A DNA stretch of 64,000 nt from Bryobacterales bacterium (GTDB lineage: Bacteria; Acidobacteriota; Terriglobia; Bryobacterales; Bryobacteraceae). The notes below the pieces were generated by a model. The model ran no database searches. It saw only the letters and a list, made by a program, of their open reading frames with translations, and was not told where the DNA came from. The position numbers and the translations under genes are program-made. This document shows, piece after piece, positions 1 through 9,004 of this stretch; position 1 is the stretch's first letter, and every line of letters starts with the position of its first letter. The DNA lies in contig JADZCI010000096.1 in assembly GCA_020851655.1 (NCBI GenBank), positions 14,698-78,697 on the forward strand, read 5' to 3'.

Positions 1-25
1 CGCCTGAGGTGGCGGTCATTCGACT

Positions 26-766
26 GTGCGCCGGCTGATCGTCAGCGACCTACACGCCAACTGGGAAGCGCTGCAGGCCGTTCTCGAGGACGCCGAAGGC
101 GCTTACGGCGAGATCTTTTGCTGCGGCGATATCGTGGGCTACGGCGCTTCGCCCGTTGAGGTGATCGACTGGTCCCGCAACGCGCTGACCAAAGTAGTGC
201 GCGGCAATCACGACAAGGCTTGTTGCGGGCTCGATGACCTGGAGTGGTTCAATGACGCAGCGGCGCGCGCCGCCAACTGGACCATGGCGGAGATCGGAGC
301 CGAAGGCCAGGCGTACCTGCTCAGCCTTCCGCAAGGACCGCTGCGGGAGGAGCACTTTCTCGTCGCGCATGGCTCGCCGCTGGATGAAGATGAATACCTT
401 GTCAACGACATTGATGTGGCCGGCTTTGAGACGGCGCTGGAGTTGCCGCTGAACTTCATCGGGCACACTCATTTGCAGGGCGGGTGGGTTTGGGGCTATG
501 GCGGGCACCGCCGGATTCCCAAGCCAGGATTAAAGGATATGGAAGTGGTGCTGGAACTGCGGCCGGACCACATCTACCTGATCAATCCGGGTTCGGTCGG
601 CCAACCGCGCGACAACGACGCGCGCGCCGCCTACGTGATTTGGGATTCCGATGAGAAGTTGATCCGGTTCCGTAGGGTGAAGTACGACGTTAAGTCGGCT
701 ATGAAACGCATTAGAGCAGCGAGGCTCCCGGACGTGCTCGCCGACAGGCTGCTAGTCGGCCGTTGA
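26..766 (+). CDS. metallophosphoesterase (calcineurin-like, YfcE/MJ0936 type)
   Basis: 246-aa ORF with GTG start. Metal-ligand motifs SDLHAN, GDIVGYG, GNHD and GHTH occur in canonical order. Confidence 0.8.
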   Translation: MRRLIVSDLHANWEALQAVLEDAEGAYGEIFCCGDIVGYGASPVEVIDWSRNALTKVVRGNHDKACCGLDDLEWFNDAAARAANWTMAEIGAEGQAYLLSLPQGPLREEHFLVAHGSPLDEDEYLVNDIDVAGFETALELPLNFIGHTHLQGGWVWGYGGHRRIPKPGLKDMEVVLELRPDHIYLINPGSVGQPRDNDARAAYVIWDSDEKLIRFRRVKYDVKSAMKRIRAARLPDVLADRLLVGR

Positions 767-2563
767 CATTTCCGGAGTGGCCAGCGCATGTTGCACGCGC
801 CGGGCCGCGGCGCCGCCGATCACGGCGGCCAACTCGGCTTCACTCGCGTCGCGAACCCGCTGCAGGCTGCCGAAGGTCTTCAGAAGCTTTTCCGCGGTCT
901 TGGGCCCCACACCCGGGATTTCCAGCAACTCCGATGTCAGGCGTCGAGAGTCGCGGCGGTTACGGTGGAAGGTGACTGCGAACCGGTGCGCCTCGTCACG
1001 AATCAGTTGGACCAGATGAAGCACCGGAGAACGCCGGTCGAGTACGACTGGCTCGTCTTCCTGTCCTAAGACGTAAATCATCTCCTCACGCTTGGCGATC
1101 GAGGCCAACGGCTGGTTGATGACGCCGAGCACCTCCAACGCCGCGGCGGCCGAGTGAAGTTGTCCCAAGCCGCCGTCGATCAGGATCAGGTTCGGGAAGG
1201 GCTGATTCTCTTCCAGCAGCCGCTGGTACCGCCGCGTCACCACTTCGCGGATCGACGCAAAATCGTCGTTGCCGATCACGGTACGAATAATGAACTTGCG
1301 GTAGCCGGATTTCTGCATCCGGCCGTTCTCCCACACCACCATGCTGGCGACCTTGTCGGTTCCCTGAACGTGGGAGACATCGAAGCACTCGATGCGTTTG
1401 GGCGTGTCGGGAAGCCCTAACGCGTCTTCGAGGGCTTCGGCAATCGCTTTGGAGGACGGCTTCATGACGCGGAAACGCTGCTCGAAGCTGTGGCGCGCGT
1501 TGGATCCGGCCAGCGCCAGCAGCGCCTTCTTCTGTCCGCGCTGGGGCGTGTGGATCTCGACCTTGCGCCCGCGCTTTTCGGAAAGCAGTTCCTCCAGCAC
1601 ATCACGGTCTTCAAAATCGGCCGGCACATGAAGATGCCGTGGTATGGGCTGCTGATCGGAGTACACCTGCATTAGAAGGGTTCGGAAGAACTCGCCTTCT
1701 TCGAAATCGTCGAGATCCTCCCAGAAGAATTCGCGGCGGTCCACAATCCGTCCGTTCCGAAGGTGAAATAAGTTGACGGCGACCAGCGGTGGTTCGGCGT
1801 GAAAGGCGAAGATGTCGGTGTCGTCTCCGGACACCGCGGCCATCTTCTGTTTCTCCTCCATCTCTTCCACGGTCGCGATCAGGTCGCGCAGCGCCGCCGC
1901 CTGCTCAAAACGCATCTCGGCGGAGGCTGCTTCCATGCGCTGACGCAGACCGCCGGCGAGGTCGCCCAGGCGCCCTTCCAGGAAGAGACGGACATCGTGG
2001 ACGTGGCGGGCGTAAATCTCAGGCGTGGTGAGTCCTTGTACGCACGGTCCCAGGCAGCGGTGGATGTGATACTCCAGGCACGGATGGGTGTGAGTCCGCG
2101 TGAGGTCCACCTTGCAGCTTGGAATCTTGAAATGACGGTGGATGAAGCGTACGAGCCGGTGCGCGAGATTGCCGGGAAAATACGGGCCAAAGTACTGGCC
2201 GTCTTTGCGTAGACGGCGGGTCACGTATACTCGCGGATACTCTTCATTAGTGATTTTGATGTACGGGTAGGTCTTGTCGTCACGCAGGAGTACGTTAAAG
2301 CGCGGCTTGTATTGCTTGATGAGGTTATTTTCGAGCGCCAGCGCCTCTTTTTCGTTGTCGACAAGAATATGGTCGATGTCCGAGGCTTCCCGGATCAGGC
2401 TGCCGGTCTTGGAATCGCCCAGGCGGTCGTCGTTGAAATAGCTGCGGACGCGGTTCCTCAGGCTCTTGGCTTTCCCGACGTACAGAACGGCGCCGTGGGC
2501 GTCTTTGTAGAGGTAGACACCGGGCGACGCGGGCAGTTGCATGACCTTTTCGCGCAGGTCCAT
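752..2563 (-). CDS. uvrC: excinuclease ABC subunit C
   Basis: GIY-YIG N-terminus (PGVYLYKD...LYVGKAKSLRNRVRSYF) and C-terminal (HhH)2 (PGVGPKTAEKLLKTFGS). Length is about 600 aa. The likely start is the internal ATG at 2563 (MDLREKV), not the ORF start at 2650. Confidence 0.95.
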   Translation of the reverse strand: MDLREKVMQLPASPGVYLYKDAHGAVLYVGKAKSLRNRVRSYFNDDRLGDSKTGSLIREASDIDHILVDNEKEALALENNLIKQYKPRFNVLLRDDKTYPYIKITNEEYPRVYVTRRLRKDGQYFGPYFPGNLAHRLVRFIHRHFKIPSCKVDLTRTHTHPCLEYHIHRCLGPCVQGLTTPEIYARHVHDVRLFLEGRLGDLAGGLRQRMEAASAEMRFEQAAALRDLIATVEEMEEKQKMAAVSGDDTDIFAFHAEPPLVAVNLFHLRNGRIVDRREFFWEDLDDFEEGEFFRTLLMQVYSDQQPIPRHLHVPADFEDRDVLEELLSEKRGRKVEIHTPQRGQKKALLALAGSNARHSFEQRFRVMKPSSKAIAEALEDALGLPDTPKRIECFDVSHVQGTDKVASMVVWENGRMQKSGYRKFIIRTVIGNDDFASIREVVTRRYQRLLEENQPFPNLILIDGGLGQLHSAAAALEVLGVINQPLASIAKREEMIYVLGQEDEPVVLDRRSPVLHLVQLIRDEAHRFAVTFHRNRRDSRRLTSELLEIPGVGPKTAEKLLKTFGSLQRVRDASEAELAAVIGGAAARRVQHALATPEMSTAD

Positions 2564-2587
2564 AGAGGCGGGCTTTATACTTTGATT

Positions 2588-2986
2588 GTGACACGCAAGT
2601 TCGTCTCGATCGTATTTGCGCTCACGCTCGCGCGGGGCGCAGCGGGACAAAAACCTGAGTCACGGGAGCCGCCCAAGGAGCAGGAACCGCCCGAGGAAGA
2701 TGTCACATCCAAGGAAAAGGAGTACTTGTTCAACCCTCTGCAGGCGGCCAACGAAGTCAAGATCGGGCAGTTTTACATGAAGCGCGGCAGCTACAAAGCC
2801 GCGGCGATGCGATTTGAAGAAGCGACCAAGTGGGACCCCGGCTCGGCGGAGGCGTATTACCGGTTAGGCGAAGCGCGCGAGAAGCTCAAGGACTCCAAGG
2901 GATCGCACGCAGCCTACGCGCGGTTTCTCGAACTGGCGCCTGACGACAAGAACGCTTCCGCGGTCCGCAAGAAGTTGGGCAAGTAG
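2588..2986 (+). CDS. small secreted/lipoprotein-like TPR protein
   Basis: The C-terminal part of ORF 2312-2986 has TPR-like helices (GSYKAAAMRFEEATKWDPGSAEAYYRLGEA). The upstream part overlaps uvrC. An in-frame GTG at 2588 (or TTG at 2582) gives a hydrophobic signal-like N-terminus, VTRKFVSIVFALTLA. Confidence 0.55.
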   Translation: MTRKFVSIVFALTLARGAAGQKPESREPPKEQEPPEEDVTSKEKEYLFNPLQAANEVKIGQFYMKRGSYKAAAMRFEEATKWDPGSAEAYYRLGEAREKLKDSKGSHAAYARFLELAPDDKNASAVRKKLGK

Positions 2987-2988
2987 AC

Positions 2989-3567
2989 TCAGAGGCGCTT
3001 ACGGCGCGCCAGTTCCTTCCGGATCATGGTTACAACGCGCTGCACCCCTTGCGCGAAATTGGGGAACAGGTCCACGTGATGCAGGTGCTGGGCGAGGTGC
3101 GACGGAGGGTCGCATGGCTCGATGCGGAGCGGAATGATGAAGACCGAGTCCAGCGGTTGCCGCCGCGCGCAATCGAGGGCATAACGCAATTCGCTCTGAA
3201 ACACGCTCCGCTTGACGAGCGACTTGCGGGACAGCAGCGCTACGAAGAAGTCGCTCACTTCAATTGAGCGTTCGATCGAACGTGGCCAGTTCTGCCCTGG
3301 CAGGAGGTCGCGCCGGTCCATCCACGGCGCGAAGCCTTCCGCTTCCAACCGGTCGTACAACGTCTCGGCCAAGGCAAGATCTTCCTCGACGTATGCAATA
3401 AAGATGCTCGTGCTCTGGTTCGGGATGAACTCGAAGCGGCCGGCCTCGACTGAGCGGAAAATACCGAGCCTGTCAATTTCGATGGACTTGCCCGCTTCGA
3501 GGCTCGCACGAACGATTCGCGCAACCTGTTCGAGGGTTGATGAGCTACTTTCGCCCACTGCGGCCAC
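2989..3567 (-). CDS. TIR-domain protein with HU-like N-terminal module
   Basis: TIR_2-type pattern: SIFIAYVEEDLALAETLYDRLEAEGFAPWMDRRDLLPGQNW...FFVALLSRKSL..SVFQSELRYAL...FIIPLRIEP, with the conserved Glu at codon 3190-3192. The N-terminus (LEQVARIVRASLEAGKSIEIDRLGIFRS) resembles the helical/first-strand part of HU. Start is uncertain: GTG at 3567 or 3558, ORF maximum 3681. Confidence 0.75.
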   Translation of the reverse strand: MAAVGESSSSTLEQVARIVRASLEAGKSIEIDRLGIFRSVEAGRFEFIPNQSTSIFIAYVEEDLALAETLYDRLEAEGFAPWMDRRDLLPGQNWPRSIERSIEVSDFFVALLSRKSLVKRSVFQSELRYALDCARRQPLDSVFIIPLRIEPCDPPSHLAQHLHHVDLFPNFAQGVQRVVTMIRKELARRKRL

Positions 3568-3775
3568 CCTTGCGCTTCGACTTGCCGGTAAAGACGAATG
3601 CCGGAGGAACGCCGGGGGTAAATTTGCCGATACCAGGGAGATGAGCGGTTCGTCCTTGGCGTAGTTTTTTGAGGATGGCACAGACAGCGCTGTCGACCTG
3701 GTCAGCCGCCGCGCCGGGCGGCAAGTCCGATACGCTCGCCAGCAGTTTTGCGAGTTCTTCCTTGCTCACGGCCAT
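3545..3775 (-). CDS. small HU-like (HU_HIG-like) protein with basic tail
   Basis: MAVSKEELAKLLASVSDLPPGAAADQVDSAVCAILKKLRQGRTAHLPGIGKF matches the HU/IHF N-terminal pattern but lacks the beta-arm. The C-terminus is KSKRKGGRSGRK. Its stop overlaps the predicted start of the TIR gene. Confidence 0.55.
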   Translation of the reverse strand: MAVSKEELAKLLASVSDLPPGAAADQVDSAVCAILKKLRQGRTAHLPGIGKFTPGVPPAFVFTGKSKRKGGRSGRK

Positions 3776-3912
3776 GAAACTACCGTCATGACCGCAGATG
3801 CTCCAGACCGGGCACGCCACCAGCAGGTTCGTTTCAATGGCTTACGGCTTCGCGGCAGCGGTGACCGCCTAAACCGGTAAACGAAGCTTAATCTGCTCGC
3901 TATTGAATGAGC

Positions 3913-4563
3913 CTACTTTACGGCAAACCAGCCAAGGAACAATCCGTCAGGCTCCACGTCGTCCCAGTACGAGATCAGGCGGCTTGATACTGAGCTACAG
4001 CGCTTACGGAGCCGATCTTCGAGATCAGCCCGGTGGAACCACTTCTCCCAGTGGGGTGTTTGGAGGCGTCCCCAGTGCTCGGCGTTCTTGTCGATGATGA
4101 CAAGATGTCCGCCGGGCTTCAGGACGCGGCAGATCTCGTCCAAAGCCCTATCGATATCTACGGCATGCTCAAGCGATTCGATTGCAAGGGCTCCGGAGAC
4201 GGAGGACGAGGCGAATGGAATCTCCAGCATGGATCCGCAAACCCTGCTTAGGGAGGCAGGAGCGGAAGCGAGCATGGCGCCGGCCAAATCAAACGCGACG
4301 ACGTGGGCCTGAGGGTAGTGACGCTTCACTACAGCCGCGAAACGTCCTTTTCCCGAGCCCACGTCGAGGATCACGCCCGTGGAGGCGGTTCGCATGTGTT
4401 CTATGACCACACGGACGTGTTGGATCCGTTCGTCGATGACCGAGGGAAAGTGGGCCTCGTCCGACGCGGCGGCTTCAAATGACCGGCGAATCTCGGTGGC
4501 GAGTTCCGGGTTTGCCTGTATGCGCGCGTCTTTACTCCGTTTGATCCGCTTGAGCCAGTCCAT
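3913..4563 (-). CDS. class I SAM-dependent methyltransferase
   Basis: Motif I is VILDVGSGKGRFA and the post-I acidic residue is VVAFDLA. LKPGGHLVIIDKN is also present. An ATGA start/stop overlap links it to the upstream pfk. Confidence 0.8.
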   Translation of the reverse strand: MDWLKRIKRSKDARIQANPELATEIRRSFEAAASDEAHFPSVIDERIQHVRVVIEHMRTASTGVILDVGSGKGRFAAVVKRHYPQAHVVAFDLAGAMLASAPASLSRVCGSMLEIPFASSSVSGALAIESLEHAVDIDRALDEICRVLKPGGHLVIIDKNAEHWGRLQTPHWEKWFHRADLEDRLRKRCSSVSSRLISYWDDVEPDGLFLGWFAVK

Positions 4564-5744
4564 CAGGCACGAGTCAGGAAGATTGGCAGTCCTACTTTAT
4601 TCGCGTAGTTCGGCCGGTAGCGTGCAGCGTTGTACATGGTCTCGATGTCAACCTTGCGCGGACCCTGTGCCGGATCGGGGATTGGTACAAGGCTGTAGCA
4701 GCCACTGTTGATGGCGGTCATGAAGCCGCTTTGACCGCTTGCAATCGCGTCCAAAGCCATGTTGCCGAATGTCGTGGCGACCATTTTGTCGACGAAGTCA
4801 GGGTCGCCGCTCCGAAGGTCGTACGTGAGATCGCTAACCGTCGTTTCAAGCTTGGCGCGGTTCTTGAATTCCTCGCTGAGGTCCTCGCCGACATTGGCTT
4901 TCTTCCTGTGGCCATACGCATCGGCTTCGCCGTACTCCCGGACCTGATAGCCATCCCACTCCGCACCTTCAGAGACCACGAGCAGGGCGTAGTTGCTGGG
5001 ATTGTTCTTCTTGTCGTTGGCCAGAAGGTCGATCAGCTTATCGAGGTCAAACTTGTGTTCGGGAATACAACAACGGATGGAGGTAACGTACGCCGTGTAG
5101 AGCGCCGTGTAGCCGGCGTCACGGCCGAAGATGCGGAAAATGCCGATGCGCTCATGGGAGCCGATGGTAGTCCGTTGCCGTTGGATCGCGTCCACCGCCC
5201 GGGTTATGGCTGTCGAGAATCCGATGCAGTACTCGGTGTTTCTGACGTCGTTGTCCATCGTCTTGGGTATTGCGATGACATTGACGCCGGCCTTGTCGAG
5301 TCTGGCCGCGTAGCTGAGCGTATCGTCACCACCGATTGCCACCACGTACTCGGCGCCGAGTTGTTCGAGATTGCGGAGAACCTGGGAAGTCATATCGTAC
5401 GTGACGGTGGTCTTGCCATCCTTCACCGTTTCTGCCTTGGGGAATTCGCGCCCTTTCAGAAAGTCGGGCAAGGACTTCATCTTGGAGGGGTTGGTGCGCG
5501 TGGTGTGGAGGAAGGTTCCGCCGGTGCGGTCGATGGTGCGCGTGTTTTCCTTAGTCAACGGAAGGACATACAGCGACCGGCTTGCCGGATCCTCGAGGTT
5601 CACGTGTGTGAGGCCTTCCCACCCGCGACGGATCCCGATGACTTCGATGCCCATCTCGAGTCCGCGATAGGTCACACCTTTAATGACGGAATTCAAGCCG
5701 GGGACGTCGCCGCCGCCGGTCAAAATGACGATACGTTTAGGCAT
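4563..5744 (-). CDS. pfkA: 6-phosphofructokinase (PfkA family, possibly PPi-dependent)
   Basis: Motifs ILTGGGDVPGLNSVI, IGGDDTLS and PKTMDNDV. GGDD rather than GGDG is the signature usually associated with PPi-dependent enzymes. Confidence 0.9.
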   Translation of the reverse strand: MPKRIVILTGGGDVPGLNSVIKGVTYRGLEMGIEVIGIRRGWEGLTHVNLEDPASRSLYVLPLTKENTRTIDRTGGTFLHTTRTNPSKMKSLPDFLKGREFPKAETVKDGKTTVTYDMTSQVLRNLEQLGAEYVVAIGGDDTLSYAARLDKAGVNVIAIPKTMDNDVRNTEYCIGFSTAITRAVDAIQRQRTTIGSHERIGIFRIFGRDAGYTALYTAYVTSIRCCIPEHKFDLDKLIDLLANDKKNNPSNYALLVVSEGAEWDGYQVREYGEADAYGHRKKANVGEDLSEEFKNRAKLETTVSDLTYDLRSGDPDFVDKMVATTFGNMALDAIASGQSGFMTAINSGCYSLVPIPDPAQGPRKVDIETMYNAARYRPNYANKVGLPIFLTRA

Positions 5745-6026
5745 TTCAGCTCCTAAGAGACAGCTTGGTATGAAATCTGCACTCAGTATACCGTCTGATG
5801 CGGATCGGGCCGGCTTGCGATGAGGGGGGAGCCACGAGTGCTCTGCAAAGATCAGTCTCAGAGAAGCCTGAAAAAGAGGCGTTCACAATGACGGCGGGAG
5901 AACTTTTCCTTCGTTATCAAGCGGTTCGCGACAATGTTGGCGCCGGCCCACGTGCGATCTCCTACCTTGGGGCTGGCTAAGAAGTGAGCCGAGCCGGAGT
6001 TACCGGCAAAAAGAGCTCACAGAAGG

Positions 6027-6296
6027 TTGGCGATTGTTGTGAGTCAGACCAAGAAGGTAGTGCCGATACGGACTGCGCGCGAAAGCGAAAGCGGGGGAGC
6101 GAAAGGGTGTTGGACGCCTGAAGCGCGCCTGGAACGAATCAGAAGTCTGATCGAATCAATTCTGAAGACGTTCGATAGTGAAAAGCCGAAGGCTACGGTT
6201 GGAGACCTGATCCGCCTGATGCAGATCGAAGACGATCTGCTTGAGAGTCAGCCGAAAGACGTTACGGTGCAATGGATCGAACCGAAACAAGGCTAA
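6027..6296 (+). CDS. hypothetical phage protein; small terminase subunit candidate by position only
   Basis: 89-aa ORF with TTG start, immediately upstream of TerL and overlapping it by 25 nt. No recognisable motif. Confidence 0.35.
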   Translation: MAIVVSQTKKVVPIRTARESESGGAKGCWTPEARLERIRSLIESILKTFDSEKPKATVGDLIRLMQIEDDLLESQPKDVTVQWIEPKQG

Positions 6297-7582
6297 GGGT
6301 CGATCGCGCGATCCTTTACAAGCCTTTGCCATCGCAGAAACTCTTTCACGAGTCGACGTCGCGGTTCAAAGGGTTCTCCGGGCCGGTGGGTTCCGGAAAG
6401 AGCCAGGCCCTCTGCAACGAGGCCATCCGGTTGGCGTATCTCAATCCGGGACGCACTGGATTAGTCGGAGCGCCGACCTATCCGATGTTGCGGGACGCGA
6501 CGCTGACGTCGCTGACCGAGGTGCTGAACGAGAGCGCGATTCCGTTTGAACTGAACAAGGCGGAGAACGTGATCGAACTGCTCGACACCGGGTCGAGAAT
6601 TCTGCTGCGATCCCTGGAGGAATACGAGAGGCTTCGGGGAACCAACCTGGCGTGGTTCGGCGTCGATGAGTTGACCTACACGCATGGGGAGGCATGGCAG
6701 CGTCTTGAGGGGCGGCTTCGAGATCCCAAGGCAAGCGTTCTGCGAGGGTTCGCGGTCTGGACCCCGAAGGGCTTCGACTGGGTTTACCGGCGATTCATCG
6801 CCGCGCCAGTTGACGGATACGAGTGCATCAAGGCCAAGGCGTTTGAGAACCGGCACTTGCTTGACCGGATTCCGGATTACTACGAGCGCCTGAAGCGCAG
6901 TTATGACCAGGAGTTCTACGAGCAGGAAGTCCTGGGCGCCTACCTCGCTTACCAGACGGGTCTGGTCTACCGGGCCTTCGACCGGTCGCGCAATGTCGAG
7001 AAATTGAGGATTGACCGGAGCAAGAGATTGTATTGGGCGTTGGACTTTAACGTAGAACCGATGGCTTCGGTTGTCGCCCAAGTCGACGGCGACCAAGTGA
7101 ACGTGATTGAAGAGATCTTCCTGTCGCGAGCCAGCACGCGGGAGGTTTGCGAAGAGTTCGGACGCCGGTATCCATCGTGGCCAGCCGGTGTGACTGTGTA
7201 CGGTGACGCTTCCGCCAATCAGCGGTCGATTCCGGAAGGAAAATCGAGCCGCGAATACATCGAAGACTTCTTCCGGCACGGACCCTACCGGGCGAGCCAG
7301 GTCCGATTTCCCCGCTCGAACCCAGCGGTTAGGGACCGGGTTGGGCTGATGAACGCCAAGTTGAGAAACGCGGACGGCGACGTGAGCTTGCGCATCCATG
7401 AGGGCTGCGTGGAACTGATCGCCGACTTCGAGCAGGTGACGTATAGGAAGGGCTCGGCCGAGATTGACAAGACGAGCAACCCCAATCGCACACACGTTTC
7501 CGACGCACTGGGGTATCTGATCTGGCAGGAATTCGGAACGAGGCCGGCCACGATCGGCGAACGACCGAGGGGGCTGTTCTGA
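6272..7582 (+). CDS. terL: phage terminase large subunit
   Basis: Walker A is GPVGSGKS and Walker B is LAWFGVDELT. The C-terminal RNaseH-like nuclease acidic residues lie in ALDFNVEP, VYGDASA and HVSDALGY. Confidence 0.9.
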   Translation: MDRTETRLRVDRAILYKPLPSQKLFHESTSRFKGFSGPVGSGKSQALCNEAIRLAYLNPGRTGLVGAPTYPMLRDATLTSLTEVLNESAIPFELNKAENVIELLDTGSRILLRSLEEYERLRGTNLAWFGVDELTYTHGEAWQRLEGRLRDPKASVLRGFAVWTPKGFDWVYRRFIAAPVDGYECIKAKAFENRHLLDRIPDYYERLKRSYDQEFYEQEVLGAYLAYQTGLVYRAFDRSRNVEKLRIDRSKRLYWALDFNVEPMASVVAQVDGDQVNVIEEIFLSRASTREVCEEFGRRYPSWPAGVTVYGDASANQRSIPEGKSSREYIEDFFRHGPYRASQVRFPRSNPAVRDRVGLMNAKLRNADGDVSLRIHEGCVELIADFEQVTYRKGSAEIDKTSNPNRTHVSDALGYLIWQEFGTRPATIGERPRGLF

Positions 7583-7618
7583 GATGAGAGGCCATGTCGC
7601 GAATCACGAGGTAAGAGA

Positions 7619-8998
7619 GTGTTGAACCAAATCTTTCGAGAACATCCCGAGTATGGCAGCAGACTGGAGTCTCTGCAGCGCTTTCGCGATCTCTATGTCG
7701 GCGGAGAGCAGTTCAAGAACAACGTCGATCGCTACCTCGTCAAGCGGCAGCGCGAGCCAGGCGATGTCTACGGCGAGCGGCTGGGACGGGCCTTCTATGA
7801 AAACTACATTGGCTCGATCATTGATTGGTACACCACGACGCTGTTCCGTCGGGAACCAGTGCTGCAGTTTGAAGGCGCGACCGAACCGGCCCGCAAGTTC
7901 TACAACGAACTGACAGAAGACTGCGACTTACGCGGCACGGCGGTTACCGACTACTTGCGGAAACAACTCACCGAGGCCATGGTGACCGGTAAGTCGTACA
8001 CGCTTGTTGACTGTCCAAGAGTCGATATAACACCGGCCACTCGGGCTGACGAAGACCGCACCGGCCTGTCACGCGCCTACCTCTCTGAATTCGACGCAGA
8101 GAGCGCAGTCAATTGGGACCGTCAGCCGAACGGAGAACTGGACTGGATCGTTTTCAGGACCAAACGGATGTGTGCTTCGCCGGATGCTTCCTGGAAATGG
8201 GAGATGCAATGGCGGTATTTCGACCGCCAGAAGTTCGCAGTGTTCCGCAAAGTGGAGGGTGACAAGGGAGACCCCCAGCAGGTAGATGGCGGAAAGCACG
8301 CCCTCTCCGATGCAGGGATTGTGCCGGTTGTTGAGCTCTGTCTGCCCGAGGGGCTCTGGCTGATGAACCGGGCAGCCTATCTCCAGTTGGAGCACTTCAA
8401 CAAGTCCAACGCGCTTGCCTGGGCGCTGACGATGGGCCTGTTTGCCATGCCCGTCATCTTTTCGGACCGGGAGTGGAGCCGGGTGGTGGGCGAATCCTAC
8501 TACCTTCAACTCGGTCCCGAAGACAAGTTCGGATGGACCGAACCGGAAGGCCACGTCTACGAGATTGCGTTGTCCAACCTGGACCGGCTGAAGGAAGAGA
8601 TCTACCGGGTCTGCTATGTCCTACACCAAGCCGGAGGGTCGCTTTCGAAGAACTCGAGTCTGACGGGGCTGAGCAAGCTGCGGGATTACACGGTTACGCA
8701 AGAAATCCTCAGAGGCTACGGAGACGTTGCGAAGGATTTTCTCAAGAAGATCCTCAGGATGGTTGTCCTGGCGCGGAAAGACACCATGAGGATTGATGTG
8801 TCGGGCCTCGACGAATTCGACATCGGCGATTTCAGTAGTGAACTGGCTGACGCGCAACAACTCCTGAGCCTAGGAATTCAATCCGCGACTTTCAAGGGCC
8901 AGTTGTTTAAGAAGCTGGCGTTGAAGTTTCTGTGCGACGTCAATCAGACAGTGAAGGACCAGGTTTCGCGAGAAATCGAAGAGCAATTGAGCAAGTAA
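7619..8998 (+). CDS. putative portal protein
   Basis: 459 aa, directly after TerL and before the scaffold and capsid genes. The N-terminal pattern (YLVKRQRE..VYGERL..AFYENYIGSIIDWY) resembles DUF4055-type portals. This rests on recollection, not a search. Confidence 0.65.
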   Translation: MLNQIFREHPEYGSRLESLQRFRDLYVGGEQFKNNVDRYLVKRQREPGDVYGERLGRAFYENYIGSIIDWYTTTLFRREPVLQFEGATEPARKFYNELTEDCDLRGTAVTDYLRKQLTEAMVTGKSYTLVDCPRVDITPATRADEDRTGLSRAYLSEFDAESAVNWDRQPNGELDWIVFRTKRMCASPDASWKWEMQWRYFDRQKFAVFRKVEGDKGDPQQVDGGKHALSDAGIVPVVELCLPEGLWLMNRAAYLQLEHFNKSNALAWALTMGLFAMPVIFSDREWSRVVGESYYLQLGPEDKFGWTEPEGHVYEIALSNLDRLKEEIYRVCYVLHQAGGSLSKNSSLTGLSKLRDYTVTQEILRGYGDVAKDFLKKILRMVVLARKDTMRIDVSGLDEFDIGDFSSELADAQQLLSLGIQSATFKGQLFKKLALKFLCDVNQTVKDQVSREIEEQLSK

Positions 8999-9004
8999 AA
9001 GGAG

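Noticed and set aside
2312-2587. N-terminal 92 codons of ORF 2312-2986
   Set aside because: This part overlaps the uvrC 5' coding region on the opposite strand and has no TPR content. A downstream GTG or TTG start with a signal-like N-terminus is more plausible.
2989-5744. Canonical Thoeris (ThsA+ThsB) or another named TIR system
   Set aside because: No SIR2/Macro/SLOG (ThsA-like), STING, CD-NTase or NLR-like partner gene is adjacent. The neighbours are an HU-like protein, a methyltransferase and pfk. It is therefore reported only as an unclassified TIR candidate.
4731-5756. 341-aa plus-strand ORF antisense to pfk. Similar long antisense ORFs occur at 6461-7495 (versus terL), 31725-32831 (versus coxS/coxL), 43948-45180 (versus alpha-E) and 33855-34502.
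   Set aside because: All lie opposite genes with strong family motifs and have low-complexity R/G/A/P-rich translations. They are treated as high-GC shadow ORFs.
5798-5980. 60-aa ORF in the gap between pfk and the phage-like cluster
   Set aside because: No motif, weak start context, and it could equally be leader or promoter DNA. It is not called as a gene.
5745-6026. Search for attL/attR direct repeats, a tRNA or an integrase remnant at the borders of the phage-like cluster (also 19922-20276)
   Set aside because: By eye I found no tRNA-like cloverleaf, no direct repeat of 12 nt or more shared by the two borders, and no recombinase ORF. A manual search is weak, so this absence should be confirmed computationally.
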